The notes under the pieces were generated by a model. The model was not told the DNA's origin. It ran no database searches and saw only the letters and a list, made by a program, of their open reading frames with translations. A stretch of DNA of 64,000 nucleotides from Utricularia gibba (Eukaryota; Plantae; Magnoliophyta): contig CM007990.1 in the NCBI GenBank assembly GCA_002189035.1, forward strand, positions 5,394,001 to 5,458,000, given 5' to 3'. Position 1 is the stretch's first letter. The number at the start of each line of letters is the position of its first letter. Position numbers and translations under genes: made by a program. This document shows positions 41,727-54,597 of this stretch, one piece after another.

Positions 41727-44700
41727 CAACATTATCCAACAAGCCGTCACATGCCACGTCATAATTGGGCCTCATATTGGGCCTTTTGGGGGTAATGTAG
41801 CCCATTTAGAGTGGAGGAAATTAGGGCTACAAAGGAATTAAATGAACCGGCTGGTTTCTTTTGTTGGTCGGGTGGGTCACACACAACCGGTGGGGTTCCG
41901 GTTGGACCGATCTTTGTAATAAATACCTGTGAGCCACGAGACAAACAAGGGTAAGAAAATTTGGACAAGCATATAGCAATTATTTGATTTTGTGGCAAAG
42001 TAGGTGTGAGATTTTGCATGTGGATTGATTCATTCAATAGAATGGAATGCCCCCCTCCTACCCTAATCTACCCCCTTAAATCCCCATTACTCCCTTTGTT
42101 TGCCCTCCCCCCGGATCCTCCCACAAGACCCGATTTCCGACCCGGGTTCCAAGGGGCAAAAAGGACCATTTGACATAAAGAGAAATTGGCTAAAAAGCTG
42201 GCTGGCTGGCTGGCTGGGTTCCCCTCTTGGTCCATGGCACATGCAATCTTGGTATTAAATACATGAGTCCCTCCCACTCCCAGTGCCCCCAACCCAAAGT
42301 GTCAAAATTGATGCTGCCCATGAAAGCGAAATATTTCAAAATTGACATGCCACTTTCCTTTTTCTCGGGTGGGGATTTCGCAAACTGGTCCAAATCTATA
42401 ATAAATTTCCACATCCGCCCCCCCTCTCCCCTCTCCCCTTTTCTTTACAAATAATTATGGTGCCAATAACCAATTTCGTAATTGTCCAGGGACGAGGCAG
42501 CTAAAGTCATTAGTGGCTTCAATGTTTAACGGAGGAGGGTTTTAAAAGTGGAATCAACATATGGGATTCAGGGACCATGCCCGAGATCTTGTACTAGTAA
42601 ATGAAAATGGGGATGAGATCGGGACCAACCGCAATTAAACCACGTTTAGTTATTGTATTTGGTGAAATATTCGGTCCTCGTAATGGAATGGAATGGAATG
42701 GCCGGGGGACTAACTACTCCACCCCCGAAATCCGAAAATCAGGGTTCAAGGTTCAGGATTTAGGATTGCGAGAGTTGAAAAACCATTCGGTTTTTTTAGT
42801 GGGTTTTGCTGGAGGGTATTTATGAAGGGCACATGTTGGTTAGTTAGTTGGGTCATTAGTGAGGATTACGTGAGATTTAAATAGGTTGAATAATAAGGAG
42901 GTAGCTTGATATGAATCCATAATGTGAATGCATAATTGAGCACTAGAGACTCTTTGTGATTGCCTCCGCGTCCTTCTTAATTGAATCCTCTCTTTGTTTC
43001 CAAGGTTACGCGTTTCTATTTCGGGACACGGGAGTTTGTGTTCCCATGTTTTTGTTCCAAAAAAACCTCTCTATTTTCATTTAGAAACACCCAATATGAT
43101 GTACTAAAAGATTCTTAAGAAAATTATTCATCTATACTTAACTTACATAATATTATTTGTTTCGAATATTTAAGTTTTATACAAGATTAGAAATTTCATT
43201 CTATTTAAACACATCAATTTTTCATACGTAATCAATGTGAAATAACATCACAAGTATCATTATCTTATATTATGACCATTTTTTATATATATACATTATT
43301 CAATTTTCTCACACATTCATAATAAAGTGACACCTTTTCTAATACATAGTGTACTAAAATATGGAAATGGGGAGGATGCATTGAATGAGTGATAGGAGGA
43401 CATAGCAATTAGTCAATTGGTTGAGTACAAATATGCTTTTATTTAGAATGCAAATAAGTACTTGTGGTAAATAAATTGAATTAAATTTATGTAAGATCGG
43501 AATTTAAATCCTCCGACCAACAACCACATGACATGACATGACATGGCAAGTGGATTCAGTGGGGGCGAATTTACCAAAAACCCCACTGAAACCTCAGGAA
43601 AATACCATTTCGCCCCAGGGAGAAAAGGGGTAAAGCAACCTGAAATCAATCCGTGCGGGAAATCGGACCCTTTTACCCGGAACACAATTCCGGGCCCCAC
43701 CACGATCCGTATCTTAGGCCGACACTCTTCGGACACCGCACCCCCGCCCCCTTTTCCAAACTTACAAATTAATTTCAAATAAATATTAAAATTATGATTC
43801 CACATAAAAAATTACACAAATATTCATTAAAAAATTAACACAATAAAATCGGATGAGAATTAAATAATTGAGTATTTAGATACTTGATCATTTTGTAATA
43901 TATACATGAAAAAAGTGACCAATTTTAATTTAAAATTTTTATCTTAACATGTGATAGATGGATAAGTTGGTTGGGTGCATTATCGGACAATCTTCATTTA
44001 AGAAAAACGATTTGTATTTGATAACAAAACTGTAACATAAGTATTTTTTTGTATTATGTTATTTTTCTACTCATTTAATTATAGATAATGCTACAGGCTT
44101 TTTTAACCTTTGATTTTTTTTTCTAATTTAATCATTACACCTTCTTTATACCTTGAATAGTTGAGTGTGTATAAATATATATTTGAACCATAAATTCTTT
44201 CTAATTGAACAATACTTTTTGTGTGTGATTTTTTTTAGATTTTATTATATCAAATATTTTATTTTAGTAAACTATGTTGAAATTTTATAAGAATAATTTA
44301 AAAGATAATTGCTTCTAAGATTTATTTTTGAAAATTTTCTAAAAAAAAATAGTAAATTATTCCATAGGGACGTTTGGGCAAAAGTGGAACAAAGAAAGTG
44401 ACGCGATTTTCATTGGTAATAATGACTAAGATTGAGGTTCATAATTACAAGTTGATTATGTGAATATTATATTATTACCGTGTTGTCCTGGGCGAGGCTG
44501 CCTGCGGAGTTAGTCCATTAGCTATGTTTTTTGATAAACAGGAGCTATTAAGGTGCATTAATTCTTCGAATTAAAATCTTGATTTTTTTTTCTTTTTTTT
44601 AGGGCATTAGGGCACAATGAACCCCCGTTGTTGGAGTGATTCTCTAGGTCTTAATCAAAAACTCAGCTTTGAGATGCGACAATCAATGTGTAAGAAAAAA

Positions 44701-45500
44701 ATCAGATACATGTTGATGTCACTGGGACCAACACAGGCATTAAACCTGTGCTGTCTACTCTTTGATTTATTTTGTGTTGTAATAAACTGATAATTTTCAT
44801 GGTTTTGTGAGAGTAGTTGGGAGAAGGTGTCGTTTTGGTGATTGGGCATGGAGGGGGGGCAGGAAATTTGACTGAGAGGTGAGTACATAGGAAAAAGGCG
44901 ATTTAGGGGGGGGGGAGACAGGGAGAGGCTTTTATGTAATATGTACGTACTTTGATTTTAAAGGCTTTGAATTTATCATCTTGAATCCAGATACTGAACA
45001 ACTTACTGTCCCCCGTCTGGTTTCTCTCTCAGTTGCTTTTCTTTTTCTTTTTTCATTTGTTGTTGGGTTCTGGTTCTGGGAAAGAGCTGAGCTGAGCTGG
45101 TACTAAACTACGACTGGGTGCCCTGCCAGTGGGTGTGATGGATGGAAAGGAAAGTTTCTGAAATCATGGTGGAACCAAAAGGTATTGGGTGTGGTGACAT
45201 GACCTCGTGATGCTTTTTTGGGCGTCAGACGGATGTGGGGTAATAACTCAGATCTCTGTTTTGGTGTTGTGTGTGCTTTCTTTTTTTGTGGGTTTTAGTT
45301 TCTCATCTTAAATTCGCTGCCTTGCTTTCCCTTCTTATTCAATTCAACTCTTACTCACGGTGTCTGTGGCGTTTTCTTATTGGTTCTCCTTCCCCAACAC
45401 CACTCACTCCATAGTGTTTCTCGGGGGGAGGGGGGAGAAAAACTGAAGCCGGGTGTGTTTTGTCTCTTTGAACAGGTTGTTGAGTGACCAGTAAAGAAGC

Positions 45501-45523
45501 AGAAGAAGAAGAAGAAGAAGAAG
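45501..45523 (+). repeat. (GAA)n microsatellite in the ARF 5' leader
   Basis: About 7 GAA units. Confidence 0.85.
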
Positions 45524-45553
45524 AGATTGGAGCAGAGAGAAGTAAAAGGAGAG

Positions 45554-47747
45554 ATGAAAACTTTGACTGACAAGAGCGTGGATCCGGAGCTATGGCACGC
45601 CTGCGCCGGAGGGACGGTGGAGATTCCGGAGGCGAATACCCGTGTCTTCTACTTCCCACAGGGACACGCCGAGCACGCCTTTGCAAGCGTTGATTTTGGG
45701 GTTTTGCCAAGAATCCCGCCCATGATTCCCTGCAGAGTTGCTTATGTGAAATTTTTAGCAGATCCTGAGACAGATGAAGTTTATGCCAGAATCGGGCTGA
45801 TTCCTCTGAGGAACAACGAGGTTGTTGGTTTTGATGATGAGGGTGTTGCTGGGAGGAAAATGTCTGACTCCAGTGAAAAACCAACTTCTTTTGCCAAGAC
45901 ACTGACTCAGTCTGATGCCAACAATGGCGGGGGATTCTCTGTTCCCAGGTATTGTGCTGAGACCATTTTCCCACGCCTGGATTATACTGCTGATCCACCT
46001 GTTCAGAATGTGATTGCCAAGGATATTCATGGAGATAGCTGGAAGTTTAGGCATATCTACAGGGGAACACCTAGGAGGCACCTTTTGACCACTGGATGGA
46101 GTACTTTTGTGAACCATAAGAAGCTTGTGGCTGGAGACTCCATTGTTTTCTTAAGGTCTGAGAATGGAGATCTCTGTGTTGGTATTCGGCGGGCCAAAAG
46201 GGAATGCGCCGGCGGTGGTCCTCTGGGGGATATGGGACTTCATCCCTCTGGAATTATGATACCACCGGAAACTCAAGAGGGGGATTCCCAGGTATTTTTG
46301 GGGATGAAAGTAAGCTCACTCCAAGAAATGTTTGCAGTGGGAAGATGAGGGAGAGGGGCAGGGTGAGACCAGAGACAGTTCTTGAGGCTGCTTTCATGGC
46401 TGCAAACGGCCACCCTTTTGAGATCGTTTACTATCCCCGTGCCGGCACACCGGAGTTCTGCATTAAAGCATCCTCTGTGAGGGATGCAATGCGGACACAA
46501 TGGTGTCCCGGAATGAGGTTCAAGATGGCGTTTGAGAATGATGACTCTTCCAGGATCAGCTGGTTTATGGGCACTGTGGCGTCTGTTCAGTTCAGTGATC
46601 CTAAAAACTGGCCAAATTCTCCATGGAGACTGCTTCAGGTAAAGACAATCTTGTTCTATGTCACATCTTAGATTTTCAGATCAACATAATCTAGATCCAT
46701 CTCTCTGGTTTGATGCTACAGGTGATATGGGATGAGCCGGATCTGCTACAGAATGTCAAGTGTGTTAGCCCTTGGCTGGTTGAAATGGTATCAAGTATAC
46801 CACTGCTGTCAATCCCACCATTGTCATCTCCAAGGAAGAAGCTGCGGTTTCCGCATCCTATGGACTTTACCCTTGATGGCCGATTTCCGGTGCCATCGTT
46901 TTTAGGCAATACCCTCCGCCCTAGCAGCTCCATATATTGTCTTTCGGACAATGTAGCTGCAGGCATACAGGGAGCCAGGCAATCCAAACATGGAGTTCCA
47001 TTTTCGGATCTCCGGATCAGCTCTGAAATGCAGATGGAGCTTTTACCTCCACGGCATGATATTCATCGAAGGATTCTTAAAAGTAAGGCGAGCTGCATCT
47101 CAGATGAAGGAGAGGATGAGGATATATCCTGCTTGTTGAGCATGGGCCATCACCCTGATCAAAAACCAGAGAAAAAGGAGGGAGGGAGGAAGACTCCCCA
47201 GTTTGTCCTCTTTGGTCAGCCTATACTCACTGAACAGCAAATGTCCCATGATCATCAGCAGGGCAGCGAATCATTCTCTCCTTCAACGCTCGACAGAACT
47301 TCTTCCAGTGGTGAGAAGTGGAGGACCGAACTCTCTGCTCCTGCAACAATGGAGCACGAGAAACAAGAACATGAAGCCACTGAACGTGGTGTCTGCAAAG
47401 TATTCATGGGAGCACAAGATGTAGGACGAACCCTTGCCCTCTCTGATCTTGGATCATACGATGAACTCTATGAAAAGCTCGAACACATGCTAGAAATTGA
47501 AAAAACTGACATTATCGGTCACCTGGTTTACCATGATACCTCTGGGGGTGCAAAGCAAGTTGGGGAAGAACCACTAAGGTGAGCCTACTGCTATTCATTT
47601 TTCTGAGAAGCTGTTAACACAACCACTGCTTGAAGTATTGATATCATCAATCTGTTGAAATTCACATGCAGTGAGTTCATCATGTCTGCTAGAAGCTTGG
47701 TGGTTCTGAGCAACACCTCTGCTGCAGCAAGTGGCGCTGAGAGGTAA
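45554..47747 (+). CDS. ARF: Auxin response factor of the ARF10/16 class; one frameshift at 46225-46229; introns after 46638 and 47578
   Basis: DPELWHACAGG; B3 domain FAKTLTQSDANNGGGFSVPRYCAE; ARF domain FEIVYYPRAGTPEFC and WRLLQV; degenerate PB1 domain (CKVFM...VGRTL); contains a miR160 site. Confidence 0.93.
46961..46981 (+). promoter_or_regulatory. miR160 target site in the ARF CDS
   Basis: AGGCATACAGGGAGCCAGGCA is complementary to miR160 (UGCCUGGCUCCCUGUAUGCCA), with one mismatch at the miRNA 3' end. Confidence 0.95.
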
Positions 47748-48507
47748 TATACACACTATCTGTGAAGTTGGTTTGTAGTGTGGAGGTTATCAAACTTGAT
47801 CATCTTCACAGGAAATTCATTACTGATTTCGCTACTATCGAGCGTCGACTGCTCGACTGCTCTTCTTCTTCGACCCAGGCGGGTCCCTTCACCATTGCCA
47901 CCTGAACAGCAACTGGATTCCCTCCTCATCCTCCCTCACTAGTTGCTTTTAAAATTCCGTTGTGTACTTTTTAGTAGTGTTTTCAAGTCAAGCCAACTTT
48001 CCCCTTATGTTCTACTAGTTGAATATGGGTGGACATGAACCTAAAAATTGTGTATGCTGCTCCCTGATTGATGATAGTCATGAATGCTGCAAGATGCACC
48101 ACACCACCTACAACACAACATGAACAAACACTTGCCCTGCAACATGTTTGTCTCCATGGGGGGTGACGTTTTTAAAACAAAAGAAACCTGCCCAAGTACG
48201 AGGAGAGGATAATAGAATGTGAGTGTGGAAGCGGAGCTGAAAGCAAAAACATCATCAACCTCATGAGTGAACGGAGCATCATCATGTCTTCCTGTTACAC
48301 AAGGATGGGGTGAGCAGAGGAGAATCATCAAGCACTGAGTGGGCAGACAGACGGCAGCACAAATGAGAACTTTGAGAACCGCCTGCCGGTCCAAGTGAAA
48401 CAACGGTAACTGACCACAAAACAATATGATTCGGAGTAAGTCATGTACACAGCTGCCAACAGCAGCGGAACCTGGCACCTGTTGGATGGATCGATATTGT
48501 CGTAAGC

Positions 48508-51500
48508 TTACTCCAAAACTGCAACCTCCTGATCAACTCTCCAGTAGTTGGCATCATTGAACTCCTTCAGTCCAGAGCCACCCTCACCCAAATCCTCCCC
48601 TCTGGTTTTTTTGTGTTGATACTTTTCTTCAGTGGCCCAGCTTCCTCGATTATGCCGTCCTTGAGAGCTTGCTTCGTAGCTTTCTCCGTACCCGCTGATT
48701 CCACTCCCACAAATTCAGTATCCTCCTCGAATAAAGATGGAACAGCAGCACCAGTCGTACTGGATAAGGGTCGGGAAGTACCATCATGGGGATCTTCAGT
48801 ACTGAGCACGCCATTCGGTACAAGGTCTATGTTTGAATGGCAGGCGTGAGCATCTCCGGCATCTGGCAAATGGTCCAAATCCTCGGAGCATCTTACTGGG
48901 TCATCAAAAGGATTCGTGCTTGACCCGCCACCCTCGAAATTTGATCCCTCTCCCCATGCTACCCATTCAGGAATTGGACGATCAGCAAATGCGTCATCAT
49001 TTTCTGGCGTCTCAAAACGCAAGAAATTCAAGTCATTGGAGTCTGCTGCCTTCTCCTTTGGAGGAACTGGCCCCGTGCCATCCTTTGAATTGTTAATGCT
49101 AAATCCGTTGAAGGAATTGGAATCAAAACTGGTTGAGGCATCGCTTGAAGTACTACTCTCCATCATCTCTTCATCATCTCCAACTACAACCTCATCATCA
49201 CTACTGCTTTTACCACAATTCAGTTCACCATTCAAACTAACGTCTTGCACTTTAGAAGACACAGGAGCACCCTTCTGATCATCTTGGAATGCAAACCAGT
49301 TGGAATTAGTGAACAGACTGTTGCAAGAGACGAAACTCAAGTCATATAGCACTCTTTAACACCCATTACTAATTGAATAAAGTAAAAAGATTTCAGATCC
49401 AAAAGATGGATTTAGAAGAACAGGATGACACACCTCCCATGCTCATCACCCAACCGTAGGGACGAAATTACAACTTCAGCTGTTTCATCATCAAAGTAGA
49501 CATCCTGCAAGACATCAAAAGATACAGATAAACCAATTAGGATATAAATAGCTTACTAAGGAGTTGTGCGCATGGAGAAATGATAGTTTCAATCATTAAG
49601 ACAGACGAAATGGCTGGCATAGGGATGATGAATTTGCAAATTACCTCCTCATCTCGATCCAGAGATACATGACCCTGGAAAATGCAATCATATACAAAAC
49701 CAAAAATGATAAATGTAATAATCCATTGGAAAAAAAAAATTGAATTCGCTCGCAAAAAAAGTTTTCCAGCACTGCTTTTGCCAACCTCAGCATCAGCATT
49801 ATCATAAATGGTGTATCTAAAAGCTTGACTTAAATTATTTGCCAAAGCTGCAACATCAAAATCTTTGTCATTTGAATCTTCTTCGTCACTATCTCTGGTC
49901 CTATCCTGCAATGAAGCGGGCCTCCTGCAAGGTGGACATATAGAGTAGTGAAGCTTTGTGACATCATGCATACGCTCGGAAAATAAAAAAATATATCCCA
50001 AAGCAAATTTTTGTATGCTATGAGATGACTGGAGGATATTGCAACATGTAAATCAAATGGTTAGAGGGACATACCCACACCCCCACCGATAAACATTCTC
50101 AACTGCATTACGCTCCTGAAGGACAGTCATTTGCCACTCAGTCCACTCGGCATTCTTCTTCAGAAGTGTAAAATGGAAAAATGAACAAGATAAGATAATT
50201 TGAAAAAAAATGCAGCACATGCTACAACACTCGCTTGTTAATATAGTTGGTGCACTGTCTCAATGCCAAGTTTAAAACAGGAATCATAACCAAATCTCAT
50301 CACAAATAAAATAAAATGGAAACTAGAAAACCACCTGAAGGTGTGTTTGGATGCGACCATCACTGTTTCCTATCTGAATTAGTTTATTTGATATCCTAGT
50401 CAAGTGTCCAAAATATCCAGCTCGAGGTGCTTGTCTTTTAGAATCAGAGACAGTTCGCTGCATGTGATTCAAACAGCATGAAAAGAGTCACACACTTGCC
50501 ACGTCAAAATACCACAAGTCACTTATAAATTGAATGAGGGGAAAAAAAAAACTACCAGATTATGCTCCCCAGAAACATTTGGATTTTTCTCTGTAAGAAT
50601 GATTTTCCCAACTAAATTACAATCATCAAGAAGATGATCGACAGCAAAATCATCTTTGCATTCAAGCACTGCAAATATAATGCTCTCTACATGGTGATGT
50701 AAAGCATTGTTATATGGATACCTGCAAGCAAAAAAATATAAAAATCAGTCGTATCTACCAACATGCAGAAAAATTATTCAGCTGAACACAGTCAACTTTG
50801 ATGCACAAATGATGCAAACCAGAAGATACATATAAAGAAGTTGAGTCAAAATTCTTACTCAAAGAGCAAGTCAAAAACTCTTTGAATGGCCCCTGAACTG
50901 ACCAATTCCTTTACTGCTGCCTCATTACCAGATTTCATCAGCAACGATATAAATTCAACAATCTAAGACATTAAAGAGTAAAATATATGATGAGACGGGT
51001 AACAAGACACGGAAATGGAGAATCAAGATCAACAGAACCCATTTAAAGGTCACAGAGTGCTAATCATTTGACCTTTAAGCGATGCTTGCCAAGAGGTGGT
51101 CTCAATTCACCAAAAGTTGTGGGTAGTACATTCTCATCAGATGAAACATCCAAAAGCTTTAACAGTTCACCTGCAGAAGTATTTTTTAAATAAAAACACG
51201 TCACTAAACATGCCCATGGTGCAAGTATCCAACCAACAATGGAAATAAAAGGACAAAGACCAAGAGAGATTTCCCTTAAGCTTCATCAAATAAGCTAATG
51301 ATGATTTAATGTATTGACACCACAACCATCAGCGGTTTAAACAAACATAAAGAAACATCAATTATCCTGATAGCGTACAGCTCTGGTAAATGACCAACAG
51401 TATCTGTATTAGAGTTCCCATAATGAACTTGAATAGCGCAATTCCAACTGTATAAGAAAAAACAAGGAAAAGGAAAATCGTGCACAATCTCAGCATATAA

Positions 51501-54008
51501 TCTCACCAAGCTGCGGGAGCATGGCAATGATTGTGTCTGGATTAACCCTCATTGGTGACTCATACGCTCTTTGATTTCTGAATGAGTACATAACTGGAGG
51601 AGGAAGGGACCTTTTATTATCCAACAATGAGATGCACACGGAAAGAGAATTTACAAGGGCAGATCTTGAGTGCAAGTCTTCAAGGGCATGACCAAATATC
51701 CTCGTGACAAAGCTAAATATAAAGAGAGGCGTAAGAAAATCATTCAACAGCACCATGGAGAAAAATATTACGAAGAATTCCTCAAACCTAGGGCTGGATA
51801 ACTTCGTGGCAAGGGGATGGATATGTCCTTGTTATTGAACACAATGTCTCAGCTGCATTCGCATGCACTTCACAAGAATTCTGGTGACCATAGACGCATT
51901 GCTTAGATGAGGAGTGCCCAAAAATCTCTATTTAGAACGAAACCCAGGCATGACACAAAAAAAATCATGGAAACACCAAAGATAAACGAATACACGAAAG
52001 GATCACATAAACATGCATGTTCGTGAGAAACAGTGAGAATATGCACTGCCCTAATTTTCACAATTGTGGAGTTGTTTAGCTTGTAATGATCATTTCTAAT
52101 AAATATCATGGAAATCGCCATGATAAAAAAAGAAAAAAATGACTCAGATAGGATGTTTATGAGAAACAGAGAGATGATCCAACATCATATTTTTCATACT
52201 TACTGAGTTATTTAGCTTGTCTACGATCATTTCTAACAAGCAGCTATCAGCCAGCCACTGCATGACATCCAAAGAATTAGGGTACAAATGATCATCTGCA
52301 CCTACAAGCCGTACCAAGACCTGGCAAAAGCAATACACCATATAAGATGAAGGGTAGTTAACATAACTCTTTCAAAGGCCACAAATGCTCCATGAAATCA
52401 ATGATTGTCTCAACCTCCATGATGGATGTAATTCCAATTAAATCAACCAGCTTTCTGATGACATCTTGGTGAACCTACAAGACAAGAAACACATGTGGAG
52501 AATAGTGACGTTCAAAATAAATATTTTCTGTTGTGAAAAATGTGAAAATCATAAAAAGTAATGTCTCACTGGCTATTTCAAAAACAGATACTAATCTGTA
52601 GTTAGAAATCCAACACTGCAACCAAACTGAATCCCGCAGTTCCTTTCACACTGAGAAGCTATGCGACCTAACGTATATAACATAGCCCCTGTCCAACTAA
52701 TATTTATTTAACCAAAAAAAGGGGGCATAAGAAGTTGGGTTCATCAGGAAAAAACTACATGGCACATCATCCACAACCAACTGAGAAAAATGTCCTGCAT
52801 AGTGCGTTGTTTTACAAGTATTTTTTTTTCTCACGGGTCTCAACACAAATCAATCATGAAGAAACTAGGAAAATTTCTTGAAAAATTTATAGAAAGATCG
52901 ACAAATAGAAAAGCTAGACATGTTAACTGATGATTACAGGACAAATCATTGGGATCACCTTGACATAATTCATCAGAGGAATGGCCTTTCGTAACATTAG
53001 GCAGACCACGACCTGCATGCAAACCGCATCACAAATTGTATCCAAGACTATACAAACTAACTGTACTGCATCTTGACAAGCTAAAGAAAACAAACAGACC
53101 TTGCTAAAGTATCCGGCCAACAGTGCACTATGCATGCGGTCAGGCTCCAGAAAAGAGAAGAGCAAATCCATGAGCTGTAATGCAATGAAAATCCATCAGC
53201 TACTCTTATTGCTTCAGTTTTCTAGATACAGCAACCTTACCTCGTCTTCCTCTACCAACGTTTTCAAGATGACGTCAATTTCACATGTAAATATTTCACA
53301 GGCAATAAAAGGAAACCTAACCATGGGGAAAAAAACTGTTATGAAGAGACTTTCAACCAAATTCAATCATTTTTTTGAAAAAAAAAAAAAAAGCTCTGGA
53401 GAGTGCTTTAAAAAATAGATACAGCTTTGAAATAAATATAGACGTACTTGAAGGCTCGCTTGGTATCAGCATCATCAGGAGCATCATCAACAATATAGTG
53501 TAACAGCTGCTCAACTTGAGACCTATCTCTCAAACTGAGAACAATTGGTAACAAAGTAAGAATTGGAACGATGGCCATGATGCCAAAAAGAAACAAGATT
53601 ATTAGGATTCCATTCTGAGCAGATAACAAACAATGCTGTCAACGGGCAACCGTACAAATTTATAAGACGACTGTTTAGTGCTTTGCACTCTTGGATTATC
53701 TCTTCTTCATCCAAAAGCTCTTCCAAGGTAAAGTTCTCCTTGTCCAGGACAGAATCAACCTCAATTCAAAAAAATATACAACCACATCAAAATTCACTCG
53801 AATTATTTCATCATACAATAACACCATCATCCGTTTATAAGGCAATCAAAATACAAAGCCCCATCTCGCACAAACACATCATCAGTTGCATAATTCAGCC
53901 ACCACGCATTTCTAAATCCCAAACCCAGGACGAAGTAATAATTCGAAGACGCTTATATCAGGGGCTCACCGGAGAAGAAGTGGAGAGAGCTGTAAGCTTC
54001 CAAAACAT
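48508..54008 (-). CDS. SIT4 phosphatase-associated (SAPS; PP6 regulatory subunit) protein, multi-exon; one frameshift at 48597-48600
   Basis: MFWKLTALSTSSP; FTLEELLDEEEIIQECKALNSRL; SALLAGYFSKV; FTNSNWFAFQDD; C-terminal FNDANYWRVDQEVAVLE*. Confidence 0.93.
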
Positions 54009-54190
54009 ATCGTCCGCCCACAAGCACGCACTGTAAAAAGTACGTTAGTAACACCAGGGAGTGAGGAGACGCCCGAGAGATCCGAAAACCCAGAAAATGA
54101 ATCAGTAAAAAGTGCTCAAAGAAGAGCAAAATACGAAGACGGCCTCCGATTCAAACGAGGGATATGTGTCGCAATTCGAACTGTGGATAT

Positions 54191-54199
54191 AAACCCTAA
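54191..54199 (+). promoter_or_regulatory. Telo-box (AAACCCTAA) in the SAPS 5' region
   Basis: Exact AAACCCTAA about 180 nt upstream of the ATG. Confidence 0.5.
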
Positions 54200-54597
54200 T
54201 TTTGCAGATCCGTTGAGCCGCAAATTATCCCGCACGCCCGCTGTGATTACCTGCCTTTACTTTATTTTATTTTATTTTGTTTAGTTTTTGTGTTTTATAT
54301 TATGTAAATACTCTAATATAATAAATAAACACATTGTTATTGCAAAAAAAATATTTCTAAATTCCATATTTTTTAAATTTTTATATAAAAATCATTAATC
54401 CAATCTATTTCTCATTTAATTCTGAATTTTAATGCATATCGCTTCCAGTTCAAGCTACGTACGCACATAGTACACTAAACTCAATATCGTACAGCCAAAA
54501 AGACTGAGTTGTGGTGGTAGTACAGAGATCAAGGGAAGCCTCATTGAGCATGAAGACGAGTTTAGTGACAATTTTGTACTACCCTCCTGGTTGACAA

